A stretch of DNA of 63,856 bases, filler included, from Octopus bimaculoides (taxonomy: Eukaryota), in assembly GCF_001194135.2 (NCBI RefSeq). It is 7 parts of 7 records of this genome, joined end to end, with 100 filler letters (N's around TTAATTAATTAA, not from the genome) between each part and the next. Parts side by side here need not be neighbours in the genome. Positions count along the whole stretch, not along the records: positions 10,795 to 38,611 come from NC_068986.1; positions 38,712 to 49,169 come from NC_068988.1; positions 49,270 to 55,646 come from NC_068990.1; 4 more parts are not named here. The stretch is one strand, 5' to 3'. The notes under the pieces are model-generated. The model was not told the origin of the DNA. It saw only the letters and a list, made by a program, of their open reading frames with translations, and ran no database searches. Every line of letters begins with the position of its first letter. The stretch's first letter is position 1. Shown here one piece after another: positions 37,912 to 49,612 of this stretch. A program made the translations under genes and the position numbers.

Positions 37912-38135
37912 TACATGCATTCCATATATATTGTGAATATCACGATGTTCCCATCCATTCACATGGATTAAGTCTTTCGGCATGGTAATCTCTGGGCCAT
38001 TGAATACAGATGGCTCGTTCATGTCATTCCATATAAAAACATCCTTTGTACTTCCTTTGTATTCTTTGAAATCAAATTTACTAGCCCACCACTCACGTAC
38101 ATTTGGATCCAAGAAATCGGGCCAGCTGGATGATC
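37912..38135 (-). CDS. GANAB: glucosidase II alpha subunit exon (catalytic nucleophile); most 5' exon present
   Basis: TTTTTTTTCGTTCAG| ... |GTGAGT, phase 1-0: [16 protein letters not shown]...[21 protein letters not shown]...HNIYGMHV. The ten exons total 1322 nt and splice in one frame to the stop. Confidence 0.96.
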
Positions 38136-38373
38136 CTGAACGAAAAAAAAAAATGGGACAAATCAATAAGATTGAATAGAATTGCCTATGTTAAGTTTAC
38201 AAACTTAGGAGGCTAAACAGTCCTTTTAATAAGTAGATAGAAAAAGAATTCTACACACTGGATAAATCTATGCAGTGACACTACAACAATATACGACTGT
38301 AATCTGCGTGAGAGAGAGATATGATGTATTATCTTAAGTTAAATAACTAACTTAATCTTTACAGAAATAATAT

Positions 38374-38611
38374 ATCATCATCATCATCATCATCATCGTT
38401 TAACGTCCGCTTTCCATGCTAGCATGGGTTGGACGATTTGACTGAGGACTGGTGAAACCGGATGGCAACACCAGGCTCCAATCTGATTTGGCAGAGTTTC
38501 TACAGCTGGATGCCCTTCCTAACGCCAACCACTCAGAGAGTGTAGTGGGTGCTTTTACGTGTCACCCGCACGAAAACAGCCACGCTCGAAATGGTGTCTT
38601 TTATGTGCCAC
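38374..38611 (-). mobile_element. RTE-like 3' tail (family C, reverse orientation), cut by scaffold end
   Basis: Near-identical reverse complement of about 27495-27722. Confidence 0.8.
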
Positions 38612-38711
38612 NNNNNNNNNNNNNNNNNNNNNNNNNNNNNNNNNNNNNNNNNNNNTTAATTAATTAANNNNNNNNNNNNNNNNNNNNNNNNNNNNNNNNN
38701 NNNNNNNNNNN
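38612..38711. other. artificial scaffold-joining spacer
   Basis: TTAATTAATTAA at 38656-38667 with 44 N each side. Confidence 0.95.
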
Positions 38712-39025
38712 CGATTCCCAGACCGGGCGTTGTCAGTGTTTATTGAGCGAAAACACCTAAACCCCCACGAGGCTCCGGCAGAGGATGGTGGCGAACCCTG
38801 CTGTACTCTTCCACCACAACTTTCTCTCACTCTTACTTCCTTTTTCTGTTGTGCCTGTAATTCAAAGGGTCAGCCTTGTCACTCTGTGTCACGCTGAATA
38901 TCCCCGAGAACTACGTTAATGGTACACGTGTCTGTGTACCATTGCATGTTAATTTCACGAGCAGGCTGTTCCGTTGATCGGATCGACTGGAACCCTCGAC
39001 GCCGTAAGCGACGGAGTGCCAACAA
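38712..39025 (+). mobile_element. SINE family E (5' truncated by scaffold start)
   Basis: GCTGAATATCCCCGAGAACTACGTTAA...GTTAATTTCACGAGCAGGCTGTTCC...GGAGTGCCAA matches 29520-29670. Confidence 0.65.
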
Positions 39026-39674
39026 CAACTGTGGTGAAACAACAAGAATTTACATCAAAGGATTAAATAAAAGAACGGCTTTACCAGTGCTTGATCTGCT
39101 ACAAATAGCAGTAAAATCTGCCTCAAACTATGCTCTTCATTTTAAAATAGAAAATGCAGTTGATAATATAAACCTCTAATTTCTCATTAAGAGACGAAGA
39201 ATGACTCGTTTAAAATGTCTCTAAATTTTGGTTGTGTCAATGATGGATGACCTGGGACTAACATCAACAATGACAACTACATTATTATCACCACCACCAA
39301 CAACAACAACAACGGCTGCGATGAAAACGATGGTGAGGATTAACATTTTTCACTGTTAAACAAAATCGAATTTTTTTTTAATAAAAGCAATACAAAATTT
39401 AATAAAGCTCTCAATAATGTTACTAGTATTTAATTATCATGCTGTGTTGAGAATTCCGTGATCTCACTGTCACCATAATCACCACTAAAACGTTACTAGA
39501 TAAACGGAGATAATTTGCTTTGCCTGACCAAGTTGGCGTGAATGAAGCTTAAATGTTGAAAAACGACCGATTCTAATCAATAAACGAAATGAGTAGGATT
39601 AACTTCAGCTGATTATTGGTAGCCATAAATATGTTTGCAATGAAAGATTTATAAGCAATGCATATTGCCTTAAT

Positions 39675-40011
39675 CAGTGATTCTCAACCAGGGTCCATGT
39701 GACCCCTGATGGTCCATATATGATTTTCTGGGGTCCACACAAGAGAAATAGTAAACAGTAGTATTTTAAGCGTTCATTAAAAGATTTAGTTTTAGATGTG
39801 CTTATTGCAAGTAACAGCTCAGTTTTTTTCTCCAATGTTCTACATAGCACAACCTACACAACTGTTAATGTTTGAAAAGCAAAACAAGAATTTTGAAAGA
39901 AGTTTCAATAAAACTAGTTTCTAAACGCCGAATGGCTATGGAGGTCCACCAGAATGAAATAGTAATCAAAGGGGTCCTTAGGTAAAACAAAATAGTTGTT
40001 GAGAGCCACTG
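39675..40011. mobile_element. hAT-like MITE
   Basis: TIRs CAGTGATTCTCAAC / GTTGAGAGCCACTG. Flanking 8-mers GCCTTAAT and GTCGTAAT match at 6/8 (decayed TSD). Confidence 0.65.
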
Positions 40012-40065
40012 GTCGTAATAGTTCATCGCTTTATATATGAGAGCTTATATTAATTTCAAATTACG

Positions 40066-41045
40066 GCACAAGGCCAGCACGTTTGGGATATAGGGTAAAT
40101 CGATTACATCGATCCCAGTGCTTAACTGGTACGTATTTTATCGAACTTACAAGATGAAAGGCAAAGTCATCGTTGGTGGAATTTGAACTCGGAGCGTAAA
40201 TACGAACAGAATACTGCTAAGCATTTCTCCGGGCGTGCTAACGATTCCACCAGCTTACCGCCTTTACGTGAGCTAATATTAGGTGCTGATTGTCCATAAG
40301 GGAACTGATAAATCTATTAATAACTAAATAAGGGGTTGTTATAGAGGGTAAATCGATTACATTGATTGCTACTTATTTTATTGACGCCCTAAATGATGAA
40401 AGGCGAAGTTGACCTCAGCGAAAATTTGAACTCAGAGCGAAAAGACGGACGAAATGCCGCTAAGCATTTTGTCTGGCGTGCTAGAGATTCTTATTTCTTT
40501 ATTGTCCACAAGGGGTTAAACATAGAGGGGACAAGCAAGGACAGACAAAGGGATTAGGGCGATTACATCGACCCCAGTGCGTAACTGGTACTTAATTTAT
40601 CGTCCCCGAAAGGATGAAAAGCAAAGTCGACTTCGGCGGAATTTGAACTCAGAACGTAACGGCAGACAAAAATACCTATTTCGTTATTGCCCACAAGGGG
40701 CTAAACATAGAGGGGACAAACAAGAACAGACGAACGGATTAAGTCGATTACATCGACCCCAGTGCGTAACTGGTACTTAATTTATCGACCTCGAAAGGAT
40801 GAAAAGCAAAGTCGACTTCGGCGGAATTTGAACTCAGAACGTAACGGCAGACAAAAATACCTATTTCNNNNNNNNNNNNNCGATTACATCGACCCCAGTG
40901 CGTAACTGGTACTTAATTTATCGACCTCGAAAGAATGAAAGGCAAAGTCGACCTCGGCGGAATTTGAACTCAGAACATAACGGCAGACGAAATACCGCTA
41001 AGCATTTCGCCCGGCGTGCTAACGATTCTGCCAGCTCGCCGCCAT
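40066..41045 (-). mobile_element. cluster of five co-oriented SINE family B copies, including a ~185-bp tandem amplification
   Basis: The core GATTACAT..GA...CAAAGT..ACCTC.GCG.AATTTGAACTC recurs five times, with two diverged copies. Units about 40499-40683 and 40684-40867 are near-identical. Confidence 0.8.
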
Positions 41046-41940
41046 TATGTTCACTAGTATCAGGTTCTAATTGTTCATAAGGTAACTGGTAAATCTGTGA
41101 ATCAGTAAATATATAAATAGAGGGTTATTACATTTATTTTTTAGTTCTTGATATGGAAATATTTGCCGAAGACTTAGTAAACTCCAATTTTACATGCAAA
41201 TTTTTAATGCCTGAGCAAAGACTTGCGTCTTTCTTAAAAGCCATTTAGCATAAAAGATTTAAATATGAGTTCACAGTTTGGCACGGAGCCATACATATTT
41301 TTTTGTGATGTATGGGTGGGTGCTTAGTCTTTGCAGTCGATTACATTGATTCTAGTACTTGATAATGAAAATACCAAGTTTATTATTTGCATCTTTCGTG
41401 AATACTTGAAAATATTTTCATTTCACTAGCAATAGAGTAAAATTATCGCCATTAATCTGAGCTATGCGTAAGTATTTTATGATAATTATCTTCTTTCATC
41501 TTTGAAGAAGAAATACCAGAAGTAAAATACAAACACAATTTTAAAAAAATAAATAAAGTTAAGCGGGAGGGGGAGGAGGGGAAACAGAGGAATGTAATCA
41601 AAGCCTCGCCTGTCTTGCCTCCACCGTTACCACCACCACGTCCACCTCTTCCGCCGCCGCCATCATCATAATGAACAGCTAGCGACAGTGGAAATATCGG
41701 CTGAGATATAAGTTAATGTAAATATTGTAGTAGAACTAAATAATGTAAATATTGTAGTAGAAAATAGTGGAAATATCAGAGTGAAGCCGTTATTACACTA
41801 AAGATGCTTGTTATTATTGGTTACTCTCCAGACCCCTCCCTGACAGAACAGAACTTTGTTCAAAGGTATTTTAGTATTTACTATCCCGCCCTGCTCATTA
41901 CTTTCTTGTCCTTTTATTTACTCTCTCTCTCTCTCCCTCT

Positions 41941-42145
41941 TTACTCTTTTACTTGTTTCAATCATTTGACTTCTGGCCATGCTGGAGCACCGCCTTTAGT
42001 CGAAGAAATCGACCCCAGGACTTATTCTTTGTAAGCCTAGTACTTATTCTATCGGTATCTTTTGCCGAACCGCTACGTAACGGGGACGTAAACACACCAG
42101 CATCGGTTGTCAAGCGATGTTGGGAGACAAACACAGACACAAAAC

Positions 42146-42219
<74 letters not shown>

Positions 42220-42384
42220 CACGACGGGCTTCTTTCAGTTTCTGTCTACCAAATTCACTCACAAGGCTTTGGTCGGCCCGAGGCTATAGTAGAAGACACT
42301 TGCCCAAGGCGTCACGCAGTGGGACTGAACGCAGAAACATGTGGCTGGTAAGCAAGCTACTTACCACTCAGCCGCTCCTGCGCC
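41941..42384 (-). mobile_element. tRNA-derived SINE, family A (near full length, internal (CA)n(TA)n)
   Basis: Minus head GGCGCAGGAGCGGCTGAGTGGTAAG...GTTCAGTCCC (A/B-box-like). Body shared with 22191, 3586 and 56150. Confidence 0.8.
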
Positions 42385-42914
42385 TTTTTTTTTTTTTAGG
42401 CATAAAGTACCTAGGAATATATTATCATGTGTTTCCTCCCATTTGTAAGAGGCTCTGGGTGTAGAGAGATTTTTGTTGCTGTCAGGCGGCTACTTAGAAC
42501 TCCCGACCCCCGCCGCCTCCCACTCGTTGGTTCATTGGAATCACGGTTTATTGTTAAGACGCTATAGAATATATCCTACACTTCAGTGCAACACATCATT
42601 TCTCTTTTACCACTGCAGTAATAGGGTAGAAGGAGAGAAATAGACGGTGAGACGGTGAGGAACACAACGAAAAGGAAGAATGAAAAAGAGTGAAAGTGGA
42701 AGAGTAAAAAGAACAAAAATGGCAGAAAGGAGTGAAAAAGACTGAAAGAGAACGAGTAGAAAGAAATGAAAGGGAGGCTAAGAACGAGGGAGTCAAAGAT
42801 ACCTATTAAGTTTTTAAATAAGGCTCAAAACGACAGTAGATCGATAGTAACGCCACAATCTTTCAGATTTAGTCAACAAGAAGTGTAGTGAAGTAAAAGA
42901 TTTTTGTTAATTTG

Positions 42915-43320
42915 GCTCAAGACCAGAAATTTTAAGAGGAGGAGCAAATCAGATACATCGGCCAGTGTATTTAAATGGTACTTATTTTCTCGACCCCGAA
43001 AGGATAAAAAGTCAAAATCGACCACGGTGGAAATTAAAACGTAAAATGTTTGAAGAAATGCCGTTAAGTATTTGTGCCGATGAGGTAAAGATTACGGAGG
43101 ACTAAAATATCGGTTTCAAACTTTAGCACAAGGCCAGCAATTCGAGGTGATAAATCGATTACAATGACCAAATGTTCAGCCGGTACTTATCGACCACGAA
43201 AGGATGGAAAGCCAAGTCGACCTCGGTGGAATTTGAACTCAGAGCGTAAAAAAAGACGAAACGCCGCTGAGAATTTTGCCCGGCGCGCTGACGATTCTGC
43301 CAATTCGTCGACTTATACTA
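42915..43320 (-). mobile_element. two adjacent SINE family B copies
   Basis: Both carry CGAC...GAAAGGAT...AAGTC.AC...GG.GGAA and an AAGCATTT/GAGAATTTT-type 5' block. Confidence 0.65.
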
Positions 43321-43791
43321 TACTAAAATATTGGTTTCAAATTTTGGCACAAGGCCAGCAGTTTCAGATCTCATCAAGCATGCAATCAAGCAGCCCAAAT
43401 GTTGGTATGTGTACTGGCACTGCAAACATATTGTTGGCCACTGTTTTATTGAATGCAGTGTTCTGAGGTCCAAATTTTCTTTACTCGGCAGTAATACAAT
43501 GAACATCTTTCAGTTTCCGTCTACTAAATCATCAACAGGACTTCGGTCAGTCTGGGGATATAGCAAAAGAGATTTGCCCATAGTATCACATAATCAGTCT
43601 GAATTTAGGTCTGTGTGATTGGGAAGCAAATTTCATACCACACAGCAGGTGTTACCTGCCTCCATTTTCTTCACTTTCTTTCTGTTTTCTTTCCTTCACC
43701 CTCTTCCCAAACTACAAGTATCATACCAATATAAGATATGTCTAACAAATGACATACCCGGAAAGTTAGGCACTTGGTCTTCAAAGTAAAC

Positions 43792-44209
43792 CAGGGCCTG
43801 ATTAAGACCGATATAGGCCCTAAGCACTTGTAAGATGTTGGTGACTCTTATATAAGTAATTCAAAATATAAATCACCATAAACCATAAAATAAATTTGTG
43901 TTTTCCAAAATGAAACACAACTAACAAGAAAATGGAAAATAATGTTTAATTTGTATATTTCCACTTTATTTATACTTGAACAGTTTTCTCCTACATTTTT
44001 TTAAAAATCGCAATGTCTTTGATCAGATACTTGCAATGACACATCGAAATTATATTTCCAATCATATAAACCATTTCACATATCACTTTAGCAAATTTTA
44101 AATGATTTCTTTTGTGCCGTAAACCATTTACCATTTCTGCGGTGCCCCCCAATTTCCCTTGATGTTTTAAGCACGTACTTTATTTTGCTTAATGGTTAAT
44201 CTAGCGCTG
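43792..44209. mobile_element. hAT-like MITE
   Basis: Imperfect TIRs CAGGGCCTGATTAA / TTAATCTAGCGCTG. Flanking 8-mers AAGTAAAC and AGGTAATC match at 6/8. Confidence 0.55.
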
Positions 44210-44750
44210 AGGTAATCCAATGTATTCCACATACTAACATACTTATATTCGCTAATAGCTGACACAGACCACTACAAATTTGTTTCCTCAAAATTCTACT
44301 GCTTGGTTTCTTAAAGCGAGATCAGCTCTGAAGATATAAACGAGAAAATGTGAAGTTTCATAGGAAATAATCATATAATACATCTTGACAGAAAAAACAA
44401 AACTAAACAAAAACGTGTTATACTGTAAGTTTACGACCTTTTAATGTGCGAGAATACTTGGATGTTTCTTATGTACAAATAATTAAATAACACACTGAAA
44501 ATATTTCTCATACAGACACCCTATCGAATGTCAGATATTAATGAATCTGGGTAACAGTTAGAAAAGAGAGGAGGGGTAATGGAGAGAAGGTGAGGGTGGG
44601 GGGAAAGCGTATATTTGTGTATGTGTGTATAGATATTCGTGCATTAAATGTACTTATATACACATATGTATATATGTACGTATGTAAGTACCTATCTATA
44701 TATATATATATATATGTATGTATGTACGTATGTAAGTATGTATAAATATG

Positions 44751-44781
<31 letters not shown>

Positions 44782-44890
44782 ATATATATACACACATACA
44801 TATATAGACATGTATGCACACACATAAAAATATATATTTTTGTATGTGTATATATATATAGGTGTGTGTGTGTATATATGTGTGTGTATG

Positions 44891-44925
<35 letters not shown>

Positions 44926-45686
44926 NNNNNNNNNNNNNNNNNNNNNNNNNNNNNNNNNNNNNNNNNNNNNNNNNNNNNNNNNNNNNNNNNNNNNNNNNNN
45001 NNNNNNNNNNNNNNNNNNNNNNNNNNNNNNNNNNNNNNNNNNNNNNNNNNNNNNNNNNNNNNNNNNNNNNNNNNNNNNNNNNNNNNNNNNNNNNNNNNNN
45101 NNNNNNNNNNNNNNNNNNNNNNNNNNNNNNNNNNNNNNNNNNNNNNNNNNNNNNNNNNNNNNNNNNNNNNNNNNNNNNNNNNNNNNNNNNNNNNNNNNNN
45201 NNNNNNNNNNNNNNNNNNNNNNNNNNNNNNNNNNNNNNNNNNNNNNNNNNNNNNNNNNNNNNNNNNNNNNNNNNNNNNNNNNNNNNNNNNNNNNNNNNNN
45301 NNNNNNNNNNNNNNNNNNNNNNNNNNNNNNNNNNNNNNNNNNNNNNNNNNNNNNNNNNNNNNNNNNNNNNNNNNNNNNNNNNNNNNNNNNNNNNNNNNNN
45401 NNNNNNNNNNNNNNNNNNNNNNNNNNNNNNNNNNNNNNNNNNNNNNNNNNNNNNNNNNNNNNNNNNNNNNNNNNNNNNNNNNNNNNNNNNNNNNNNNNNN
45501 NNNNNNNNNNNNNNNNNNNNNNNNNNNNNNNNNNNNNNNNNNNNNNNNNNNNNNNNNNNNNNNNNNNNNNNNNNNNNNNNNNNNNNNNNNNNNNNNNNNN
45601 NNNNNNNNNNNNNNNNNNNNNNNNNNNNNNNNNNNNNNNNNNNNNNNNNNNNNNNNNNNNNNNNNNNNNNNNNNNNNNNNNNNNNC

Positions 45687-45744
45687 ATCATCATCAACAT
45701 CGTCCTCCTCCTCCTCCTCATCATCATCATCATCAACATCGTCC

Positions 45745-45797
<53 letters not shown>

Positions 45798-46150
45798 GTC
45801 ATCATCATCATCATCATCATCATCGTCATCATCGCGTCGTCGCCGCCGCTGCCGCCGCCGCCGCCATTGTCTTCCTCTTTCTACGTCGTTGCTATTCTCA
45901 TATGATATCGTCATTATCGTCATCATCTGCATGAGTTATCGATCATCATCGTGATCAACTTTATATGTTATTCACTCTAAAATCCCCCTCCTCCTCCTCA
46001 TCATCATATCGTCAATATCATCATCATTATCACCACCACCACCACCATCATCATTATCATTATCATTATCATCATCATCATCATCGTCATCATCATCATC
46101 ATCATCATCATCACCACCACCACCAACACCACCACCACCACCATCATCAT
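45687..46150. repeat. (CAT)n/(CCG)n/(CAC)n trinucleotide mosaic
   Basis: Direct inspection. Confidence 0.9.
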
Positions 46151-46339
46151 GTCAAAATGCTTAGCTGCTTTTCCTGCGCCATTACGTTCTGATGTCAAAT
46201 TCTACCGAGTTTGATTTTTGCCTTTTATCTTTTCAAGGTTGATAAAACAAGTACCAGATGTGTTTATAATTATGATTATTGATGACGTTCGTTCCCATTC
46301 CTTGTAGAATTTATGTCGGTAGTAGGTTACTTCCTGTAA

Positions 46340-48123
46340 CCTTAGGTATCCACAAGCTTTCAATGATCTTTGAAACCCTTAAAACCCTCTTGATAAACTT
46401 TCCCGTCCTTAAGAGACAACATTTCTGTAGAAATTCTTTACCAAAATCTCCGTGAACCATTTGTATATGTCTTTACTCATAGTTCCCAATGCAGCAATTA
46501 TGACAGTTTTCTTACTTCAAATTCTTGCAGTTTCAAATTTTAAAGGATTGTATTGTTGAAATTTTTCTTCGCCTTTCATTGCAGTCGTGTAATCAAACGG
46601 ACATGAAGGTTCAATTATTAAGCAAACTCGATCTTGCTTATCAAATATTGTTATGCCCGGTTTATTATTTTGTAGCTTCTTATCCGTTCGAATTGGTAAG
46701 TCCCTCAAAGTTTCGCATTTCTCTGACTCCTGCACTCTTTTGACCGGAAGATCATACCATGTACCTCCAGCTTTAGAACTCTATTTCTGACAAAGTTTCC
46801 AGTATAAAACTTTCACAACTTGGTCATGCTTCCATTTATGATATTCTTACCTAGGCCATCTTGGGACATTCTGCAACAAAGTGTTTTACTGTCTCATTGC
46901 TAATTCCGCAGACTCTGCCTTTTACTGACACACCCCAATACACTTTTTATCTCAGGTGGTTTGTTTTATCCCTTCATCTTGAACTGCTATAATAAGGCTC
47001 TCTGTTTCTTTTTTTTTTAGATGCCCTTTTGTCAACCAAACCTAGGATTTTGTTCCGCATTCTTCTTCGGTGGCTTTCCAAAACTGACCGTGCAAAAGTT
47101 CCTCTTCAATCTGTCTAACTTGCTCTCTTTGAATTTCATTCTTGTCTTTCTCTCCTAATCCACACTTGATCAACCGTTCTATATTCACTGTCTTTAGGAA
47201 TTTCTCCGAGCTCTTCTCTAAGTATTTTAGAAGGGTTTTTTTTTCTTTTTTCCCTTTCCATCTGTACACACTCTTCAGTATAAAATATAAGAAAAATTAC
47301 CTATAACAGGCAATTTCTACACGCTAGAAACGACCGAAAACCACAAAGTTAAAACATTTAAAAGGGAGAATCGGTCGTTTATGACTACCTTCTAGCGTGT
47401 AGAAATTGCCTGTTATAAGTAATTTCTCTTATATTTTATATTGAATATGTTGTCTATTGATTTTTTTTACATGCTAGGCCACTGGTAGTAAAATTTTGTA
47501 TAGTTTTGCTACCCTGTATATGTATACACTCTTCCATAGCAATTAAGTCTCTTTCACCCCTGTTTTTTCTCCAAGCATAACTGGTTAATATCAACTTTCG
47601 ATGAAGGCTCCATTCATTGTTCGCAGCACTCAAGTCTTTTGTCAAGTTTCTGTAAATCTTTCCGCTTTCGTGTGTGCTCTGTCCTCACTTACTTCATTCT
47701 TTAAGTCGTTTTCAGTCCAATCTTCAATTCCAAGTCCATATCTGATCACCGGCATCGCACATGCATTTATTGCTTCAATAACGTTTTTATGAATTCAACT
47801 TTGACCGTAATACTTATCTCACTCTCTCCTACTGGTAACTTCTTTTATCTCTTCATGTTTTATTTCATCTGCTTCCAGTATCTCCAAATGCTTAAACCAC
47901 TGTCCTTTCTCAACTGCTTTCATTGCTTGGTCATTTAGCATTTCATTTCCTTGATTTTCTTCAAATCTTCCTCGTTTCATTTTCAATATGGCGCACTTTT
48001 CGATCCCAAATTCCATACCAACATCATTTGAGAAAATTCGGACAGTATCTACAAGACTTTCAAGTTGCTTCTCATTTTTCGCATAAAGCTTTATATCATC
48101 CATCTAAAGATGATTTATCTCAC
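46340..48123 (-). mobile_element. degenerate RLE-type non-LTR retrotransposon (R4/NeSL-like), 3' half
   Basis: Minus strand in order: MDDIKLYAKNEKQLESLVDTVRIFSNDVGMEFGIEKC (RT active-site region), LHGQFWK, a CRVCGISNETVKHFVAEC CCHC knuckle, and TDKKLQNNKPGITIFDKQDRVCLIIEPSCPFD (restriction-like endonuclease). Interrupted by stops. Confidence 0.8.
47274..47445. mobile_element. ~170-bp palindromic MITE inserted in the LINE
   Basis: Arm TTCAGTATAAAATATAAGAAAAATTACCTATAACAGGCAATTTCTACACGCTAGAA is near-complementary to about 47390-47445. Confidence 0.75.
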
Positions 48124-48146
48124 CGTACAGCAACAACAAAAGCATA

Positions 48147-48217
<71 letters not shown>

Positions 48218-48530
48218 TCAGCACAAGCACGACCACTANNNNNNNNNNNNNNNNNNNNNNNNNNNNNNNNNNNNNNNNNNNNNNNNNNNNNNNNNNNNNN
48301 NNNNNNNNNNNNNNNNNNNNNNNNNNNNNNNNNNNNNNNNNNNNNNNNNNNNNNNNNNNNNNNNNNNNNNNNNNNNNNNNNNNNNNNNNNNNNNNNNNNN
48401 NNNNNNNNNNNNNNNNNNNNNNNNNNNNNNNNNNNNNNNNNNNNNNNNNNNNNNNNNNNNNNNNNNNNNNNNNNNNNNNNNNNNNNATTATTATTATTAT
48501 TATTATTATTATCATTATTATTATTATTAT

Positions 48531-49085
48531 TGAGTGAGAGAGCAGTGCATGCCATCAAAGTGACACTGGGGTAAACTATACAAAGCCCAATATACCCATC
48601 ATGACTACCCGTCTGATAAGGGTACACCAGGCACATGCATCACAACCACATGTGTACGACATGGTGATCTCATATCAAGATAAACAGCGCATGACCTCGC
48701 AGGTGGGGCCCAGTTAGAATTTTTTTCAGGTCGCGTAGCCCATCCCGCTCAAAAGGTCCCTGAATAAGGTTTGTTTAAGGATGTTGAGCAAGACACCCAT
48801 GTTTCCAAAGGTGAATTATTCAAACTCCAACGAACTCCTCTCAGCACATGGCTATGATGCTCCCCCACTACTTCTGCTCGTGATCAGAGATGCACATATC
48901 ATCAGCCACCAAAGAACATGCTCAACTGGTTAAGGTGAAACAACTGACAAGCAAATCTGTGCTATTAAGCAGAATATTTACAGTAGCCCATCTTTTATAC
49001 CAAGACAAAACAACGTACATGATAGCACTTTCAATCAATTAAGGTCAGAAGCCATGAGAGCCACTGCCTGGTACTGCATCTGGGC

Positions 49086-49088
<3 letters not shown>
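48531..49088 (+). repeat. dispersed repeat family D, flanked by (TTA)n on both sides
   Basis: Reverse complement of 35038-35510. (TTA)n at 48487-48530 and 49088-49169. Confidence 0.75.
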
Positions 49089-49151
<63 letters not shown>

Positions 49152-49169
49152 CATCATTATTATTATTAT

Positions 49170-49269
49170 NNNNNNNNNNNNNNNNNNNNNNNNNNNNNNN
49201 NNNNNNNNNNNNNTTAATTAATTAANNNNNNNNNNNNNNNNNNNNNNNNNNNNNNNNNNNNNNNNNNNN
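49170..49269. other. artificial scaffold-joining spacer
   Basis: TTAATTAATTAA at 49214-49225 with 44 N each side. Confidence 0.95.
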
Positions 49270-49324
<55 letters not shown>

Positions 49325-49519
49325 CGTATATAAATTGTGTGAGCGTGAGTATATAAATTGTCTATCTATATAATTATGCGTTTGCAATGTATATTTTTCA
49401 TACACATAGCGTCTTTGCTCTCCATTCCCTCGTCGCCAAAACACTTTAACCTGTAAACATAACTTTGACAATTGGCGTCGTTATCTCAAGTATAGGACTT
49501 GTCTGTCTTCCTCTCTCTG

Positions 49520-49612
49520 CTTTACTCTCTCAGAGGTGTACCATTTACTCTCTCAGAAGTGTAACCATTTACTCTCTCAGAGGTGTACCATTTATTCTCT
49601 CAGAGGTGTACC
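49520..49612. repeat. ~23-25-bp tandem repeat (TTTACTCTCTCAGAGGTGTACCA) x~4
   Basis: Direct inspection. Confidence 0.75.

Noticed and set aside
40499-40867. CRISPR-like or other regularly spaced repeats
   Set aside because: Units are SINE-derived tandem copies without unique spacers, and there are no cas genes or other prokaryotic context.
38712-49169. Search for upstream GANAB exons (e.g. ...GWCWPG)
   Set aside because: None found. This segment lies beyond an artificial spacer and is a different scaffold.
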